Positions 30,082 to 39,160 of a stretch of 64,000 nucleotides of DNA are shown here, one piece after another (the stretch's first letter is position 1; every line of letters starts with the position of its first letter). The stretch is taken from contig CAWIPH010000002.1 in NCBI GenBank assembly GCA_963837955.1, positions 2,816,001-2,880,000 of the forward strand, read 5' to 3'. A model generated the notes under the pieces. That model was not told the origin of the DNA. It saw nothing but the letters and a program-made list of their open reading frames with translations, and made no database searches. The position numbers were made by a program, and so were the translations under genes. The stretch comes from an uncultured Verrucomicrobiae bacterium (lineage in GTDB: Bacteria; Verrucomicrobiota; Verrucomicrobiia; Chthoniobacterales; JAFAMB01).

Positions 30082-30213
30082 TTATTCTCTCGATTCCAAG
30101 GGCGCAGGAACACGCGGAACTCCATCCCGAAAATGCTTAACCATCGCCCCAATAAATATTGCGAAAAAGAGGCCTAATATGAAGAGCTGCTCGCGACGCG
30201 TCAACCGAATCAC
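30082..30213 (-). CDS. Small single-pass membrane protein (43 aa)
   Basis: GTG start: MIRLTRREQLFILGLFFAIFIGAMVKHFR...; stop lies 5 nt before the next gene's ATG. Confidence 0.5.
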   Translation of the reverse strand: MIRLTRREQLFILGLFFAIFIGAMVKHFRDGVPRVPAPLESRE

Positions 30214-30364
30214 CGAGCAGTATACGGCACCGATCTGTTTTGTCATGCAGCGGTACAGCGATTGTGAGACTGATTGGTGAAGCATGTCGGCAAATCCTCG
30301 GTAGAAAATCTCTCGACACCTATTCACCACCCTCTCACTGATCACCAATCACCGATCACCGTGG

Positions 30365-30922
30365 CTACTGCATCGGGACGAGTCTCACTGTCGCCTGACC
30401 AAACTCCACTTTGCCGAAACGATTGATCGTTTCCCGCTCGAGAACCAGCCCCCGCCATATCTCCCCAAAAAAGAGCTCTTGGGCCATGGCCATGAATGCA
30501 GGAGCCACCGGCAGGCGCCCGATCGCCCCCCCATGATTTTTGAAAGTTGGCCGGCCGGCATCCTCCGTGGCGTTGTAGGTGCCCGAGAGATAAAACTCGA
30601 GCCCAAAAAAGACATATCGCGTAAATGCGTAGCAAACTCCGGATCGAAAGCTTAACAAGACGCCATCAAATCGACACCAATCGCCGAAAAGAAATCCTCT
30701 TGGACCCGCTCGCTGGCGAAGATAGTCATTGATTTCCGTTTCGGTCAGTTCCGCTACATCCGCCCCGCGAGAGGCCTTTGCCTGGGCGATCACCTGCATC
30801 ACCTCAATCCCTTTCCCACTACCGGTGGAGTTGGCTGGTAGATGATCCGGGCGCTCAAAAATCGCCAGGATAATCGCCGCTACCAAACTAATTCCGAGAA
30901 CCAACAGAAATCTGAGTAGCAA
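30365..30922 (-). CDS. Hypothetical membrane-anchored protein
   Basis: 185-aa ORF with N-terminal TM helix; LTETEINDYL and IGRLPV segments; same strand as neighbours. Confidence 0.7.
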   Translation of the reverse strand: MLLRFLLVLGISLVAAIILAIFERPDHLPANSTGSGKGIEVMQVIAQAKASRGADVAELTETEINDYLRQRAGPRGFLFGDWCRFDGVLLSFRSGVCYAFTRYVFFGLEFYLSGTYNATEDAGRPTFKNHGGAIGRLPVAPAFMAMAQELFFGEIWRGLVLERETINRFGKVEFGQATVRLVPMQ

Positions 30923-31174
30923 AATGGCGGATGGCCGGATGATTACGATAGCGCTCCGCTATCGAACGGAGCCTATCTGAATTCTTCCTTTTTTTAGGCG
31001 GCGCAGCGGTCACAGGGGCGTGCGGTCAGTGCACTGGATATATCGGAAGTGGGTTTGAGCGCCGCGGGTCTAGCCGCGAGACGTGAGGATAGAGCGGAAG
31101 CTGTAGCCTCCTTCATGCTCGTTTAGCGACCCACAGCCCCTCCAGACTGGCACCTCGTACCGCGGTAAGACCAG

Positions 31175-31534
31175 CTAATTCGCCGGCTTGTTCGTAGATG
31201 AAGAAGCTCCCCCGCCAGACTTAGCTCCGCCTGAATCGGTTTTCGATCCGCCGCTCTCTTTCGGACCAGCCTCTTTCGAACCCGTCTCTTTAGTCCCAGA
31301 TTCTTTTTTGGCTGATTCTTTATAGTTCGAGCTGCGGTAATCCGTCACATAAAATCCGGATCCTTTGAAAATAAGGCCGGCTCCCGTTCCGACCAGCCGT
31401 TTGACTTTCCCTTGACCCCAGGTATCGAGACGGCAAAGTTCCTTTGGGCAAACCTCCATCGGTGCATCCTTCATCGACTGAAACAATTCAAAGGTACCCT
31501 GGCACTTCTCGCATCGATACTCGTACGTCGGCAT
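31175..31534 (-). CDS. FmdB-family zinc-ribbon protein
   Basis: MPTYEYRCEKC...FELFQSM...CP...C, GLIFKGSGFYVTDY, low-complexity KESG-repeat tail. Confidence 0.9.
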   Translation of the reverse strand: MPTYEYRCEKCQGTFELFQSMKDAPMEVCPKELCRLDTWGQGKVKRLVGTGAGLIFKGSGFYVTDYRSSNYKESAKKESGTKETGSKEAGPKESGGSKTDSGGAKSGGGASSSTNKPAN

Positions 31535-31715
31535 ATCCTGATCTGAAAGATATGGATATAGCAGATCCGGAGCCGTTCAGCAATGGAAGCGCGGGGGATG
31601 CGCTGGAAACGATCTCCCCGCACCATACTGTGCATACCCAGGGGTCGGCCCAACCGTAAAGGCGTATTGACGATTTCCAGGAAGCCAATTAATAGAATTC
31701 TCCTCTATAATAATT

Positions 31716-32318
31716 ATGAGCTTACGAGGTTTGGTTATCATTTCGGCCGCATTATTCCTTGCCAGTTGCGACGGCGGTGAGAAGGCTCGTTTGTCAAATC
31801 CCAAAACCCCCTACCTGGCAGGAACTTACGGTGCCCAGTCCTCTGGAACTTCCGGTTACGATCCAATTTCCTACTGGGACGGCGATGGAGTAAATGGTCG
31901 GCCATCTGTGACGATTGCTCTGAACGAGCAACGCGCCTATTTCTATAAGGGCGATCAGCTAGTAGGCATCTCCCAAGTTTCCGCTGGAAGGGAAGGCCAC
32001 GATACTCCGGCCGGCACCTATAAAATTATGCAGAAAGATCCTGACCACGCGTCCAGTCTCTACGGTGACTACGTCGATGCAGCCGGAAATGTGGTCCAAA
32101 AGGATGTTGATGTAACTAAAGATCCAGTGCCACCGGGTGCCCATTTCAAAGGAGCTCCAATGCCTCATTTCATGCGGATTACAGGGGGCGTCGGGATGCA
32201 CGAGGGTTATTTGCCAGGTTACCCGGCGTCGCATGGCTGCATCCGGATGCCTGGAAAAATGGCTCTAATCTTCTACAACAACGTCGATATCGGTACGCCA
32301 GTTACCATCGTGAAGTAG
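31716..32318 (+). CDS. L,D-transpeptidase (YkuD family) lipoprotein
   Basis: Lipobox LASC; TPAGTY; MHEGYLPGYPASHGCIRM catalytic motif. Confidence 0.93.
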   Translation: MSLRGLVIISAALFLASCDGGEKARLSNPKTPYLAGTYGAQSSGTSGYDPISYWDGDGVNGRPSVTIALNEQRAYFYKGDQLVGISQVSAGREGHDTPAGTYKIMQKDPDHASSLYGDYVDAAGNVVQKDVDVTKDPVPPGAHFKGAPMPHFMRITGGVGMHEGYLPGYPASHGCIRMPGKMALIFYNNVDIGTPVTIVK

Positions 32319-32353
32319 AACGGGTCAGCAGTTGACGGTTTGCGATCCCCGGC

Positions 32354-32524
32354 GGGAGGGATCGCAGCCTGTCCGACATAGCTTTTGATGCATCGCGCTC
32401 AACGACCGTGCGCTTTGCGACGTCGGATCCTCGCGATCCGCGGCGCACGAGGATCCGACGTCGCGTTCAAGCATTCTGCACCGGAATCCGGAAGGCTATG
32501 TCGGACAGGCTGTGCGCCCTCCCC
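32354..32524. repeat. REP family 1 copy (reverse orientation) with cassettes in both hairpins (32366-32427 and 32454-32511)
   Basis: GGGAGGGATCGC-[AGCCTGTCCGACATAGC..GCGACGTCGGA]-TCCTCGCGATCCGCGGCGCACGAGGA-[TCCGACGTCGC..GCTATGTCGGACAGGCT]-GTGCGCCCTCCCC. Confidence 0.9.
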
Positions 32525-32720
32525 ACCCTTCGTGGGGTCCCTGCAGGGAATTCGACCCGCCTCGATCGAGTAGAGAAAAACTATTCAGTGTAGCGATAGA
32601 ATTCCGGGCATTATTTCCGCAAGTTGAGCGCGTAAATTGAACGCCCGGATATCGGGATGACCAGGATGGTCAACCCAGGCGGAACACAAGACCGCGGCAA
32701 GCGAATCAAATCGATACACC

Positions 32721-33317
32721 ATGAAGGACGTTTTTTTGTCGCGGCGCAGCTGCCTGCGGCTGTCCGCCTTGGCAGGCTGCTCGATGCTACTGGGCGGCCA
32801 CGGATCAGCGGCGGTAGAGCCTTTACCAAGTGATTACATCCGGCCCGGGCCCGTTACCGCCCGAGGGAGCGCTCCGGCCCTGAAGAGCCAATTACTTTCC
32901 CGGGGAAACGCCAGAACCTACGCCATCGTCTTTGGCAAAGACGATGAGTTTATGGCCGGGCTCACTGAGTTCGCAGAGAACAACCATTTCTCAGCGAGCC
33001 ATTTCACCGCAATCGGCGCTTTTCACGAAGCCCTTTTTGGGTGGTTCGATGGCGAGAAAAAGGCCTACCGAAAAATCCCAATCACTGACCAGGTCGAAGT
33101 AGCATCTTTGATCGGAGACATTGGGTTGGTCAACGGAAAGCCTGCGGTCCATGCTCATGCCGTGGTTGGTTTCCCGGATGGCACCACACGAGGCGGCCAC
33201 ATCATCAGCGCGACTGTGTGGCCGACACTGGAGCTATTTTTGACCGACGAACCCGCTACTCTGGTAAAGGAGGAAGATCCTGAGACGGATCTTTTTCTCT
33301 TCGATCCGAAATCCTGA
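32721..33317 (+). CDS. PPC/DUF296-domain protein with putative Tat signal
   Basis: FTAIGAF, EVASLIGDI, VHAHAVVG...GGH, VWPTLE; N-terminal SRRSCL plus hydrophobic stretch. Confidence 0.85.
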   Translation: MKDVFLSRRSCLRLSALAGCSMLLGGHGSAAVEPLPSDYIRPGPVTARGSAPALKSQLLSRGNARTYAIVFGKDDEFMAGLTEFAENNHFSASHFTAIGAFHEALFGWFDGEKKAYRKIPITDQVEVASLIGDIGLVNGKPAVHAHAVVGFPDGTTRGGHIISATVWPTLELFLTDEPATLVKEEDPETDLFLFDPKS

Positions 33318-33407
33318 ATCAGGATCGCCCCCTAAATTCCGCTTGAAACACAAACGACACCAAACATCCGGCAACTGCCGTTCAAGTATATAAAGGAGAT
33401 CAAAACC

Positions 33408-33716
33408 ATGGCTGAAGTCCAAGTGATCGCAAGAGCAGTGGCTCGCGAGGGAAAGGAAGACAAACTGAGAGCGCTGCTGCAAGGCATGCTCGCTCCTACC
33501 CAGCACGAACCGGGATGCCTACTCTATGAATTGTATGAGTCCGACACCTACGGCCGCTTTTATTTTCACGAGTTTTGGGAAAGCCAGGCGGCGCTCGCTG
33601 ACCATGTAGCCTCCCCTCACTATCAGCACCTGCAACAAGAGGTCGGGGATCTCTTGGAGGAACCTTTCGAGGTGAACATCTTGGAAGAGGTTCTTACCGG
33701 CGCGACCTCTTTTTGA
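33408..33716 (+). CDS. Antibiotic-biosynthesis/putative quinol monooxygenase (ABM)
   Basis: EPGCLLYEL, FYFHEFWES..AL..H..SPHY; AGGAG RBS. Confidence 0.9.
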   Translation: MAEVQVIARAVAREGKEDKLRALLQGMLAPTQHEPGCLLYELYESDTYGRFYFHEFWESQAALADHVASPHYQHLQQEVGDLLEEPFEVNILEEVLTGATSF

Positions 33717-33894
33717 GGCACTTCGCTTGGATTCAGTCGAGTCGTGAAAAACTTGGCGGTAGAAATCCCGTGGTATTTGCAATCTGGCCCAAGGTCTATC
33801 GGACCTCGAAGCGAGTTGGCCGTTGACGATTGGTGGCCAGGTGCAGAGGTCCGGCTCACGCGCATGCGCGTCATGATATGAGGAAGCGCTTGGC

Positions 33895-34005
33895 GGGGAG
33901 GGATCGCGTCCTCGCGATACGCGGCGCACGAGGATCCGACGTCGCACTCAAGCGTTCTGCAGCAGGCATCCAAAAGGTATGTCGGACAGGCTGTGCGCCC
34001 TCCCC
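33895..34005. repeat. REP family 1 copy (reverse) with cassette in the CGCAC hairpin only (33935-33992)
   Basis: GGGGAGGGATCGCGTCCTCGCGATACGCGGCGCACGAGGA-[TCCGACGTCGC..GGTATGTCGGACAGGCT]-GTGCGCCCTCCCC. Confidence 0.9.
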
Positions 34006-34383
34006 CCTCCGGGGCAGAGAACCGGACATCGGCCCAAATTACGCGAATACACGCTCACGGGATCCAACAGAGCTGGGAGCACACACCTATCCCTAAGAAT
34101 CTCGGGAAGCGGCCGATCAGACCTGACCAGTAAACGCGCTCGCCATCTTTCGTATCGCTGGTGGCGATCTCTGGGCCTACCTGCCCCATGATTTTCCGAG
34201 TTCCTCTCCTGGATTCTAGATTCTAAATTCCGGATTCTGTTTTGGTTTCGCTTTGACAATTTCTTGATTTGGACAAATTTTACGGCCCGTTGAACATTCG
34301 TTCAGTCTCTTCTGTTCCGGAGCTGCGAATGTGTCCTCGACGCGCGTTGCGCGGCCCGTTATTTATAATGCTCACCCCCAGAT

Positions 34384-35385
34384 ATGAAAAAACTCATCAA
34401 TTCCCCTGAAAACATTGTTCATGAAGCGATGCAGGGCATGGTCGCCGCTCATGGCGATTTACTGAAGGCACATTTCGATCCCAACTTTCTGTTCCGCGCC
34501 GATGCACCGGTAAAAGGCAAAGTAGCGATCGTCTCCGGCGGAGGCAGCGGTCATGAACCGATGCACGGCGGCTTTGTTGGCAAAGGCATGCTCGACGCTG
34601 CTTGTCCGGGCGCGGTTTTCACTAGCCCGACCCCTGATCAAATGCATGAAGCCACCAAAGCCGTCAACGGCGGCAAAGGTGTCCTTCACATCGTTAAAAA
34701 CTACACGGGGGACGTTCTCAACTTCGAAATGGCCGCCGACCTCGCTCGCGGTGAAGGCATCGAAGTCGAAGCCATTGTCATCGACGACGATGTAGCCGTC
34801 AAAGATAGCACCTGGACAGCCGGGCGCCGAGGCGTCGGAACAACCGTACTGGCCGAGAAGATTTGTGGTGCCGCTGCCGAAGCCGGTCAGTCGCTGGCCG
34901 AAGTCGCTGCCCTTTGCAAGAAGGTAAACGGACAAGGCCGCAGTATGGGCATGGCGTTAACCTCCTGTACCGTGCCGCATGTCGGTAAACCGACTTTTGA
35001 ACTCGGTGAGAATGAGATGGAAATGGGAGTCGGCATTCATGGTGAGCCGGGCCGCCAACGGATGAAATTGGCGAGTGCGGACGAGATCACCGAAATGCTG
35101 CTAAAGCCGATCATTGAGGACATCCCTTTCAAGTCTGGAGATAACGTGCTGCTGTTTGTCAACAGTATGGGCGGCACGCCAGCGATCGAGTTGTACGTTA
35201 TCTATCGGAAAGCGCACGAGATGCTGACCAAGGCTGGGATTAAAGTGACCCGCAACCTAGTGGGTCCCTACATCACCAGTTTGGAAATGGCTGGAGCCTC
35301 CATCACCGTTTTGAAGTTGGACGACCAACTTACCAAACTGTGGGACGCCCCCGTCCACACGCCAGGCCTTCGATGGGGAGTGTGA
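34384..35385 (+). CDS. dhaK: Dihydroxyacetone kinase subunit K
   Basis: [55 protein letters not shown]. Confidence 0.97.
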   Translation: MKKLINSPENIVHEAMQGMVAAHGDLLKAHFDPNFLFRADAPVKGKVAIVSGGGSGHEPMHGGFVGKGMLDAACPGAVFTSPTPDQMHEATKAVNGGKGVLHIVKNYTGDVLNFEMAADLARGEGIEVEAIVIDDDVAVKDSTWTAGRRGVGTTVLAEKICGAAAEAGQSLAEVAALCKKVNGQGRSMGMALTSCTVPHVGKPTFELGENEMEMGVGIHGEPGRQRMKLASADEITEMLLKPIIEDIPFKSGDNVLLFVNSMGGTPAIELYVIYRKAHEMLTKAGIKVTRNLVGPYITSLEMAGASITVLKLDDQLTKLWDAPVHTPGLRWGV

Positions 35386-35420
35386 TTGATTGTTGTCAGC
35401 CACTCTTGCAAGATTGCGCA

Positions 35421-36056
35421 ATGTCGGAATTGACTTCAGATCAAATGGTAAAATGGCTGGAGCGCTTTGCCGCACTCGTAGCCGAAAACAAGGATCATTT
35501 AACCCAGCTCGATTCCGCCATCGGTGATGCCGACCATGGAGCCAATATGGATCGAGGCTTCAAGGCGGTTTTAGCCAAAAAGCCGGAATATGAAGGTAAA
35601 GACATCGCGACCGTTTTCAAAACGGTCGCGATGACGTTGATTTCGACGGTTGGCGGTGCCAGTGGTCCGCTGTACGGCACGTTCTTCTTGCAAGCTGCGC
35701 TAGCCGCTGGAGGGAAATCAACCATCTCAGCCGAAGAATTCGGAGCACTTTTGGAAAAAGCGGTTAACGGCGTGATTCAGCGTGGGAAAGCCGCGCCGGG
35801 CGACAAAACCATGATCGACGCTATGCAGCCCGCGGTAGAAGCTTATCGCAAGACTGTCAAAGAAGGAGGGTCCTTCGCTGAAGCGCTGAAAAAAGCGGAC
35901 GAAGCCGCTCGGGAAGGCACGAAGACCACAATCCCGCTTGTGGCAAGGAAAGGGCGAGCCAGTTATCTCGGAGAGCGAAGCGCCGGGCATCAGGATCCGG
36001 GCGCTACCTCAACCGCCCTTCTCTTCCAGGCCGCCGCTGAGTCGTTGAAAAGCTAA
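35421..36056 (+). CDS. dhaL: Dihydroxyacetone kinase subunit L
   Basis: LTQLDSAIGDADHGANMDRGF, GGASGPLYG, GDKTMIDA, KGRASYLGERSAGHQDPGA. Start ATG 35421. Confidence 0.97.
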   Translation: MSELTSDQMVKWLERFAALVAENKDHLTQLDSAIGDADHGANMDRGFKAVLAKKPEYEGKDIATVFKTVAMTLISTVGGASGPLYGTFFLQAALAAGGKSTISAEEFGALLEKAVNGVIQRGKAAPGDKTMIDAMQPAVEAYRKTVKEGGSFAEALKKADEAAREGTKTTIPLVARKGRASYLGERSAGHQDPGATSTALLFQAAAESLKS

Positions 36057-36105
36057 TGGCCTTTGATCGCAGCGAAAGCCATGCTATGTCGCGGACGGCA
36101 CAGTA

Positions 36106-38655
36106 ATGCTTGGACTTCTTCTTGTCTCCCATTCTCGCGCTCTAGCCGAAGCTGCGGTTGACCTGATCCGACGTACCGTAAGCGAAACGCTGCCGATCGC
36201 GGCCGCCGGCGGCGTAGGCGAAACGCACTCCGAAATTGGAACCGATGTCATCGACATCCAACAGGGCATCGAATCAGTAGCCCAGCCTGATGGCGTACTG
36301 GTGCTGATGGACCTGGGTAGCGCGATTCTGAGCGCCGAAATGGCGAAGGATTTGTTGGACGAGCCAATTAAATCCAATGTTCGGCTTTGTTCGGGTCCAC
36401 TCGTTGAGGGAGGAATCGCGGCTGCTGTCCAAATTCAGGCCGGTTCAACAGCGGAGGACGTCGTCTCCGCTGCTCAGCGCAGCCTTCTTCCGAAGCAGGA
36501 TCAATTAGGCGAGTCCGTCGACGTTACGGAGAGATCGGGCGCTCTGGTGGCGCCCACGGAGAGTTTCCAAGCCGTCTTAGAGAATGTCTATGGACTGCAC
36601 CTAAGACCCGTGGCTGCCCTTATCCGATCGCTCGGGCCCGATGCGAAAAGCGTACAGATCGAAAATGTCACGGGCCAACGAGGTCCCGTGATCGCCGCCA
36701 GTCTCGTAGATATTGCGCGACTCCAAGGCAAGAAAGGAGACACCATCCGATTCCTGCTCTCAGGCCCAAATACCGCTCACGTCAAGCGAGAGCTGGAAAA
36801 GTTTTTGGAACAACTGCAGCATGAGGACGCCCATCCCCAACCGATCGCAGCAAAAGATGGATCGGTAAACCAGGAACCAATTCCAGTCTCTCCTGGACTG
36901 GCTCTCGGGCGCGTCCGCTTTGACGACCAAGCCGATATCAGCATTCCCGATACTCGACCAAATACTCCGGAGGAGATAGAGACCGAATGCCGGCGCTTGA
37001 CCGAGGCCACCATAGTCGCACAACAGCACGTTTCACAAAGAGTCGCGAAGTTCCGTTCCTCCTTGGATCCCGCAGATCTGGCAATCTTAGAAGCGCAACA
37101 ACTGATCCTGTCCGACCAGACGCTCGTGGCCCGCGCCCAGGAGCGCATTCGGTCAAAACCAGCCAACGCCGCCGCCGCCTGGTATCAGACATTGATTGAG
37201 GTTGCTGATGATCAAGCTGGGGCTGGTGACGACTATTTGAGGCAACGCGCCGTGGACTTTCGCGAGGCCGCAACCGCAGTGGTCCAGCAATTGATCGGTA
37301 AGACTGATCCGTTTGCCGATGTGAGCGAAGACTCCATCCTGGTTTGTCAGGAACTAACCCCTACCCTAATCGATCAGATCCAATCGACGCGTATCGTTGG
37401 CGCCATCCAATTGGGCGGAGGGTCCCTTTCCCACGGAGCGATCCTGGCCCGATCACTTGGCCTGCCTGCAGTCGGTAACGCTGCCCGATTAGAGCCCGTG
37501 CTCCGTTCAGCCCAGTTAGTTGCAATCGATGGCAGCAATGGCCAACTACTCGTGGATCCCGCACCGGAAGTGGTTCAGGAATGGCGCAAAAGACAAAAGC
37601 AAACCCGAGAACTCCACGAAAAGGCTGTACAGCTGAGCCAGGTGCCGGCGGTTTCTGCCGATAATGTACAGTTTTTGATAGCGGCCAACGCCGGTAAACG
37701 GCGCGATGTTGAACTCGCCCTTCACAACGGTGCAGACGGAATCGGATTGTTTCGCTCTGAATTCCTCTTTGACGCCTTCCAGACGCTCCCATCCGAAGAG
37801 GAACAGTTGGCCGCCTACCGGGACGCCCTTGATCCGATTCTGGCCGACCCGCGCCGAAAATTCAGTTCGAGCCAACCGCCCCAATCAGCTGGTTCGAATG
37901 CAGATCAATTAGCTTCGACAGAATTCTTCGTCACCCTTCGGCTGCTCGATATTGGCGGTGATAAGCCGTTACCTTTTCTCTCCCCTGGCAAAGAGAGCAA
38001 TCCATTTCTGGGGGTACGCGGACTCCGCCTTTTATTGCGTAATCCGGAATTCTTCGGATCTCATCTTTGCGCGATCCTGCGTCTCGCTCAGACTTTTGCG
38101 GTCAAACTTCTGGTGCCGATGGTCACTTCAGTGGCCGAAATCTTGCAGCTTAAACAGCATTTACAGACTGCGCACGAGTCGCTGAAAACGCGCGATGTCC
38201 CCCATCGGTGGCCAGTGGAGGTCGGTATTATGATCGAAACACCTGCCGCCGCAATCGCCTTCGATCAGATGATCGAGCATCTCGATTTTGCCAGCATCGG
38301 CACGAACGATCTGACCCAGTATGTCCTCAGCGCAGAGCGCGGCAATCCGCAGCTGGAAGAGTTTGCCGATTCACTGCATCCCGCCGTGCTCCGGCTCTGC
38401 CAGCAAGTGATTGGCTTAGCGAATCAGCGAAATTTCCCGATCTCAATCTGCGGCGAGATTGCGTCCGATCCGGTAGCTGTTCCGTTGCTGGCTGGCTTAG
38501 GTTTGCGAGTATTGAGTGTGGCGCCAACCGCAGTGCCGATAATCAAGGAAACGATTCGCACACTCTCCTTATCGGAAATGACACCAACCCGAATCGCGCA
38601 TCTTCTGGGGCTACCAGGCGCTGGCGAAATCCGGGCGGCGCTGCGGGTGCGCTAG
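36106..38655 (+). CDS. dhaM: DhaM(EIIA)-HPr-Enzyme I multiphosphoryl transfer fusion
   Basis: LLVSHS and MDLGSA (DhaM EIIA), GLHLRP (HPr), GGSLSHGAILARS (EI His), GIGLFRSEF, DIGGDK, NPFLGVRG, SIGTNDLTQY, CGEIA. Confidence 0.9.
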   Translation: MLGLLLVSHSRALAEAAVDLIRRTVSETLPIAAAGGVGETHSEIGTDVIDIQQGIESVAQPDGVLVLMDLGSAILSAEMAKDLLDEPIKSNVRLCSGPLVEGGIAAAVQIQAGSTAEDVVSAAQRSLLPKQDQLGESVDVTERSGALVAPTESFQAVLENVYGLHLRPVAALIRSLGPDAKSVQIENVTGQRGPVIAASLVDIARLQGKKGDTIRFLLSGPNTAHVKRELEKFLEQLQHEDAHPQPIAAKDGSVNQEPIPVSPGLALGRVRFDDQADISIPDTRPNTPEEIETECRRLTEATIVAQQHVSQRVAKFRSSLDPADLAILEAQQLILSDQTLVARAQERIRSKPANAAAAWYQTLIEVADDQAGAGDDYLRQRAVDFREAATAVVQQLIGKTDPFADVSEDSILVCQELTPTLIDQIQSTRIVGAIQLGGGSLSHGAILARSLGLPAVGNAARLEPVLRSAQLVAIDGSNGQLLVDPAPEVVQEWRKRQKQTRELHEKAVQLSQVPAVSADNVQFLIAANAGKRRDVELALHNGADGIGLFRSEFLFDAFQTLPSEEEQLAAYRDALDPILADPRRKFSSSQPPQSAGSNADQLASTEFFVTLRLLDIGGDKPLPFLSPGKESNPFLGVRGLRLLLRNPEFFGSHLCAILRLAQTFAVKLLVPMVTSVAEILQLKQHLQTAHESLKTRDVPHRWPVEVGIMIETPAAAIAFDQMIEHLDFASIGTNDLTQYVLSAERGNPQLEEFADSLHPAVLRLCQQVIGLANQRNFPISICGEIASDPVAVPLLAGLGLRVLSVAPTAVPIIKETIRTLSLSEMTPTRIAHLLGLPGAGEIRAALRVR

Positions 38656-38886
38656 CTTGCCGGAATCGTCGAGCCAATGATCAGATTGGCTAGGATGAAG
38701 AAACCAATCGGCCAGGTTATATATGTAGCTATTAAAGCTACATTGTTACCAGTTGTTCAGGCGACCCGCAGTCGAATCTTGACAGCCTAGCCAAGTCCGC
38801 AGGCTGAGATCCGACTTGGCCGCTGCTCGCCAAGCCCTCTCTGGGGCTAATCTTTCCTTGCCAAGCCCAGGTGAAACGACTAATGG

Positions 38887-38902
38887 ATGTAAAGATTTAC
38901 AT
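38887..38902. promoter_or_regulatory. LacI-type palindromic operator candidate upstream of the sugar ABC/GH172 operon
   Basis: ATGTAAA-GA-TTTACAT; resembles the LacI-family TGTAAANNTTTACA pattern. No cognate regulator in the window. Confidence 0.5.
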
Positions 38903-39160
38903 TGCCCCCCCATTTCAAGGCAAGTATGTCCACGCTGGCATTGCGGAAGGAGTGCCACTCAGTCTCTGAAGCTCGTCGGCTCCGGTCGATGCAGTGGCCA
39001 CTATTTCCGCAACGATGCGAAGACTTGTTCCTGGTTCATTTCAACACCGAGCTAACTCGTGAAAGGCTGCATTGTGTGGACGAACAGGGATGCGCGAACC
39101 GCGGTTGCCCGGGCCAGGACAGGCCGAAAGCAGTCTACCTAAACTCAAAAGAAATAACTT

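Noticed and set aside
30994..31116. 40-aa minus-strand ORF or possible structured RNA between the FmdB gene and the hypothetical gene
   Set aside because: No recognisable motif, no convincing RBS and no RNA family I could identify by eye; needs a covariance-model search.
34253..34369. Sigma70 promoter for dhaK (TTGACA at 34253, TATAAT at 34364)
   Set aside because: The hexamers are far apart and neither has a well-spaced partner.
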